Positions 5,566 through 7,294 of a DNA stretch of 7,294 bases are shown here, piece after piece. Within the stretch, counting starts at the first letter, position 1. Every line of letters starts with the position of its first letter. A model generated the notes under the pieces. It made no database searches. It was not told where the DNA came from and worked only from the letters and a program-made list of their open reading frames with translations. This DNA is from a virus (Duplodnaviria > Heunggongvirae > Uroviricota > Caudoviricetes). The stretch covers positions 1 through 7,294 of IMG/VR virus record IMGVR_UViG_3300000059_000050. The stretch is one strand, 5' to 3'. The translations under genes were made by a program, and so were the position numbers.

Positions 5566-5740
5566 TTTGTTCTTCCTCTTCGTCTTTTATTTCGTGATAT
5601 GAGTAATTGCAGTAGTTAAAGAAAATTTCTTTTGCTTCGTCATGAATTTCATCAGGTGTTGCGTCATCGTCCACTTCGAATACATCCTCAAAATCTCCAC
5701 CAGCTATTCCAGTTTCAATAATTACTTTGAACTTTCGCAT
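5558..5740 (-). CDS. Small very acidic protein, 60 aa
   Basis: ATG-initiated ORF (MRKFKVIIETGIAGGDFEDVFEVDDDATPDEIHDEAKEIFFNYCNYSYHEIKDEEEEQNG). Counted 19 D/E against 5 K/R. Coupled to the downstream 58-aa ORF. SD is weak and sits inside a hairpin. Confidence 0.55.
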   Translation of the reverse strand: MRKFKVIIETGIAGGDFEDVFEVDDDATPDEIHDEAKEIFFNYCNYSYHEIKDEEEEQNG

Positions 5741-5747
5741 TTCATTA

Positions 5748-5796
5748 CCGCCCTTTCAGGCGGCCTCCCGATGTTCTGAGGGTGCAGAAATCCCTC
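5748..5796 (-). other. Two intergenic stem-loops immediately upstream of the 60-aa gene
   Basis: Minus-strand RNA carries GAGGG-auuucugca-CCCUC (plus 5778-5796) and CCGCC-UGAAAG-GGCGG (plus 5748-5763). The second ends 8 nt before the start codon and includes the likely SD. Neither is followed by a U-tract. Confidence 0.4.
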
Positions 5797-5835
5797 CGGT
5801 TAAGGATTAAATTTTATTTACAACACTAAATTTAA

Positions 5836-6360
5836 TTATTCAGGCGCGCGAATCTGTTCCGCACAATGCAACAATGCTTCTGTCACTTCCTTAAGCGTCA
5901 CGGTATCGGCATCATCCAGTCCTGCAACTTTTGCGTGCCTGACAAACGCCGCGCGAAGCTCGTTAAACGCCACCGCCCGTACATCAGCCAGGAAAGCATC
6001 TGTAGCCGGGGTTTGCGGCATACCTCCGTCTGTTGCGCAGATATACGCATCAGATAGTTCATCCTGCTCGCCATCAAACACGTAGCAACTCTGTGCGATA
6101 AATTTATTCAGCCCCGCATTCTCCGCCGCAAGCGCCATGCGTTCTTTCTCAAGTCGGAAAATTTCAGTCACGTATTTGGCGTTTTCACCACCCTTGATTA
6201 ACTCGTTAATTCGTTTGCTTTTAATTTCCAGTTCATCCAGCAGTTCCAGCACAACCTGAGGTGTGGCTTTCATACGAAATGCCAGCAATTTTTGTGGTGT
6301 GGCTGCTATTTTTATTGCTTCTGCCGCCCCACGCAGAGCCTGATAGTTAATCTCGCTCAC
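5836..6360 (-). CDS. Ea22-like lambdoid early protein (tentative family), about 174 aa, GTG start
   Basis: Perfect AGGAGG (plus 6367-6372) lies 6 nt before the GTG at 6358-6360; the track's TTG start at 6390 is an upstream extension. N-terminus [14 protein letters not shown]...VVLELLDE... resembles Ea22-like proteins as I recall them (not verified). Central region looks coiled-coil-like. Overlaps the upstream gene by 14 nt. Confidence 0.7.
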   Translation of the reverse strand: MSEINYQALRGAAEAIKIAATPQKLLAFRMKATPQVVLELLDELEIKSKRINELIKGGENAKYVTEIFRLEKERMALAAENAGLNKFIAQSCYVFDGEQDELSDAYICATDGGMPQTPATDAFLADVRAVAFNELRAAFVRHAKVAGLDDADTVTLKEVTEALLHCAEQIRAPE

Positions 6361-7090
6361 TGGTTGCCTCCTGGCAAAGCTGGGCGACAATATCGCGATA
6401 TTTATTCAGCTCCCGCAGCGCGGCACAGACTCGCTCCCATTTCCGGATATCACTTTTCGCCCGACGCAGTTCGCGGTTTGCCTGTCGCAGCGATGGCAGA
6501 ACCAGATTATCCACTCGCTTCTCAAGCGGCTGCACAATGTCCGCCACAGTTTCTGTTTTAATATCTTCCTGTGTTGCAGCTTCCTGTACTGGTAACGCAA
6601 CACATGCAGGCTGAGGAAAGGCTTTACCATCAGTTTCCGCTACCGATGCCGCTTTCGGCTCTGCTGGTAAATTACCGCCCGGCATGCAGTAACGAAATTT
6701 ACCGTTCTGATTAACACGAATCAGACGACCTTTGCTGATTGCCATTGCCAGCGTTGAAGCCACTTTGCGGGATGCTGTACCGAACAGCGTAGCCAGTTCA
6801 TCCGCCGTTTGTGGTCCGCGTTGTTCAATCGTCGCGGTTAAATCGCACTCTGAGATTTTCGCTACTGTCGCCGTGGTGGTTTCTTCCGGCTGTTCTTCTG
6901 GCGCTGGCTGTTCCTGCTGAACGTTGTTATCAGCCACACGCCAGGTGTATACGCTTTTATCAACGAATCCAGCCTTTTTCAGTTCCCACAGCTCGTTCAG
7001 TACTTCTTCACGACTGATATCAAGTCGCGCAGCCAGCTCTACCGACGTGGCTTTTCCCATCGCTTTCAGTGCGTCAAAAACAGTCTCCAT
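6347..7090 (-). CDS. Prophage protein with two putative winged-helix-like segments, 247 aa, unknown function
   Basis: GGGAGG lies 6 nt before the ATG. Two similar helix-turn-helix-like stretches (around residues 1-50 and 90-140) are separated by an acidic, Pro/Gln-rich linker. The domain call is by eye only. Confidence 0.7.
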   Translation of the reverse strand: METVFDALKAMGKATSVELAARLDISREEVLNELWELKKAGFVDKSVYTWRVADNNVQQEQPAPEEQPEETTTATVAKISECDLTATIEQRGPQTADELATLFGTASRKVASTLAMAISKGRLIRVNQNGKFRYCMPGGNLPAEPKAASVAETDGKAFPQPACVALPVQEAATQEDIKTETVADIVQPLEKRVDNLVLPSLRQANRELRRAKSDIRKWERVCAALRELNKYRDIVAQLCQEATSERD

Positions 7091-7122
7091 AAATTTCCTC
7101 CCGGTAAAAATTACTTCTCAAC

Positions 7123-7294
7123 TCAAACAAACCCAGCCGCTTTCCGGCGTTCATATTCCTGTTTCAGTAACTCAATTGGCGTTGGCCCCGACGGGCGTTT
7201 GGGTGCCGCCAGTTGTCGCCGGACTGGCGGAACGCCCAGGCCGTTACTAACATGCTTTGCCCATTTCGTCAGCTGCCGTTCTGCCAGCCGTTTT
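7123..7294 (-). CDS. Hypothetical protein, C-terminal 56 codons (5' end lies beyond the window)
   Basis: Minus frame is open from the window edge to a TGA at 7123-7125 (...KRLAERQLTKWAKHVSNGLGVPPVRRQLAAPKRPSGPTPIELLKQEYERRKAAGFV). The next gene starts 32 nt downstream with its own SD. Confidence 0.45.
   Translation of the reverse strand, partial: KRLAERQLTKWAKHVSNGLGVPPVRRQLAAPKRPSGPTPIELLKQEYERRKAAGFV

Noticed and set aside
5748-5763. Hairpin as a genuine N-utilisation (nut) site
   Set aside because: There is no boxA-like CGCUCUUA upstream and the loop length differs from lambda boxB. Kept only as a boxB-like structural element.
5836-6390. 184-aa TTG-initiated version of the Ea22-like gene
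   Set aside because: A perfect AGGAGG lies 6 nt before the internal GTG at 6358-6360. The TTG extension would overlap the upstream gene by 44 nt with no SD.
5866-7250. Plus-strand ORFs 5866-6057, 6292-6561, 6732-6920, 6811-7017 and 6924-7250, and minus-strand 6406-6630
   Set aside because: All are antisense to, or alternative frames of, the supported minus-strand genes, with low-complexity products.
1-7294. CRISPR arrays, tRNA or rRNA genes, IS elements or transposases
   Set aside because: No regularly spaced short direct repeats, no tRNA-like cloverleaf candidates, and no transposase-like ORF or terminal inverted repeats were seen. The only long repeat is the diverged protein-coding duplication at 4011-4206 and 4837-5032.

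Overview
This window looks like an enterobacterial lambdoid-prophage accessory region, most likely the int-proximal end of the leftward early operon. About twelve tightly packed, translationally coupled minus-strand genes (2919-7294) encode small proteins of unknown function, including an Ea22-like protein, three paralogs sharing a PLY-x-PPAP motif, two tandem Cys-rich paralogs and two small very acidic proteins. The left third holds a toxin cluster: a Hok-family membrane toxin (1448-1603, -), a Doc (death-on-curing, Fic/Doc fold) toxin with an upstream small antitoxin candidate (547-1230, -), and an oppositely oriented, AT-rich KilA-N-domain gene (2105-2878, +) with its own strong terminator. 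Two identical UUCG-loop terminator hairpins bracket the Doc module. No rRNA, tRNA, CRISPR array or transposase was seen. Coordinates follow the ORF track and include the stop codon. All family assignments come from motifs read by eye; no database search was possible. The best candidates for something undescribed are the KilA-N gene with its unrecognised C-terminal half, and a two-gene cassette (membrane peptide plus Cys-cluster protein) bracketed by ~196-bp diverged direct repeats.
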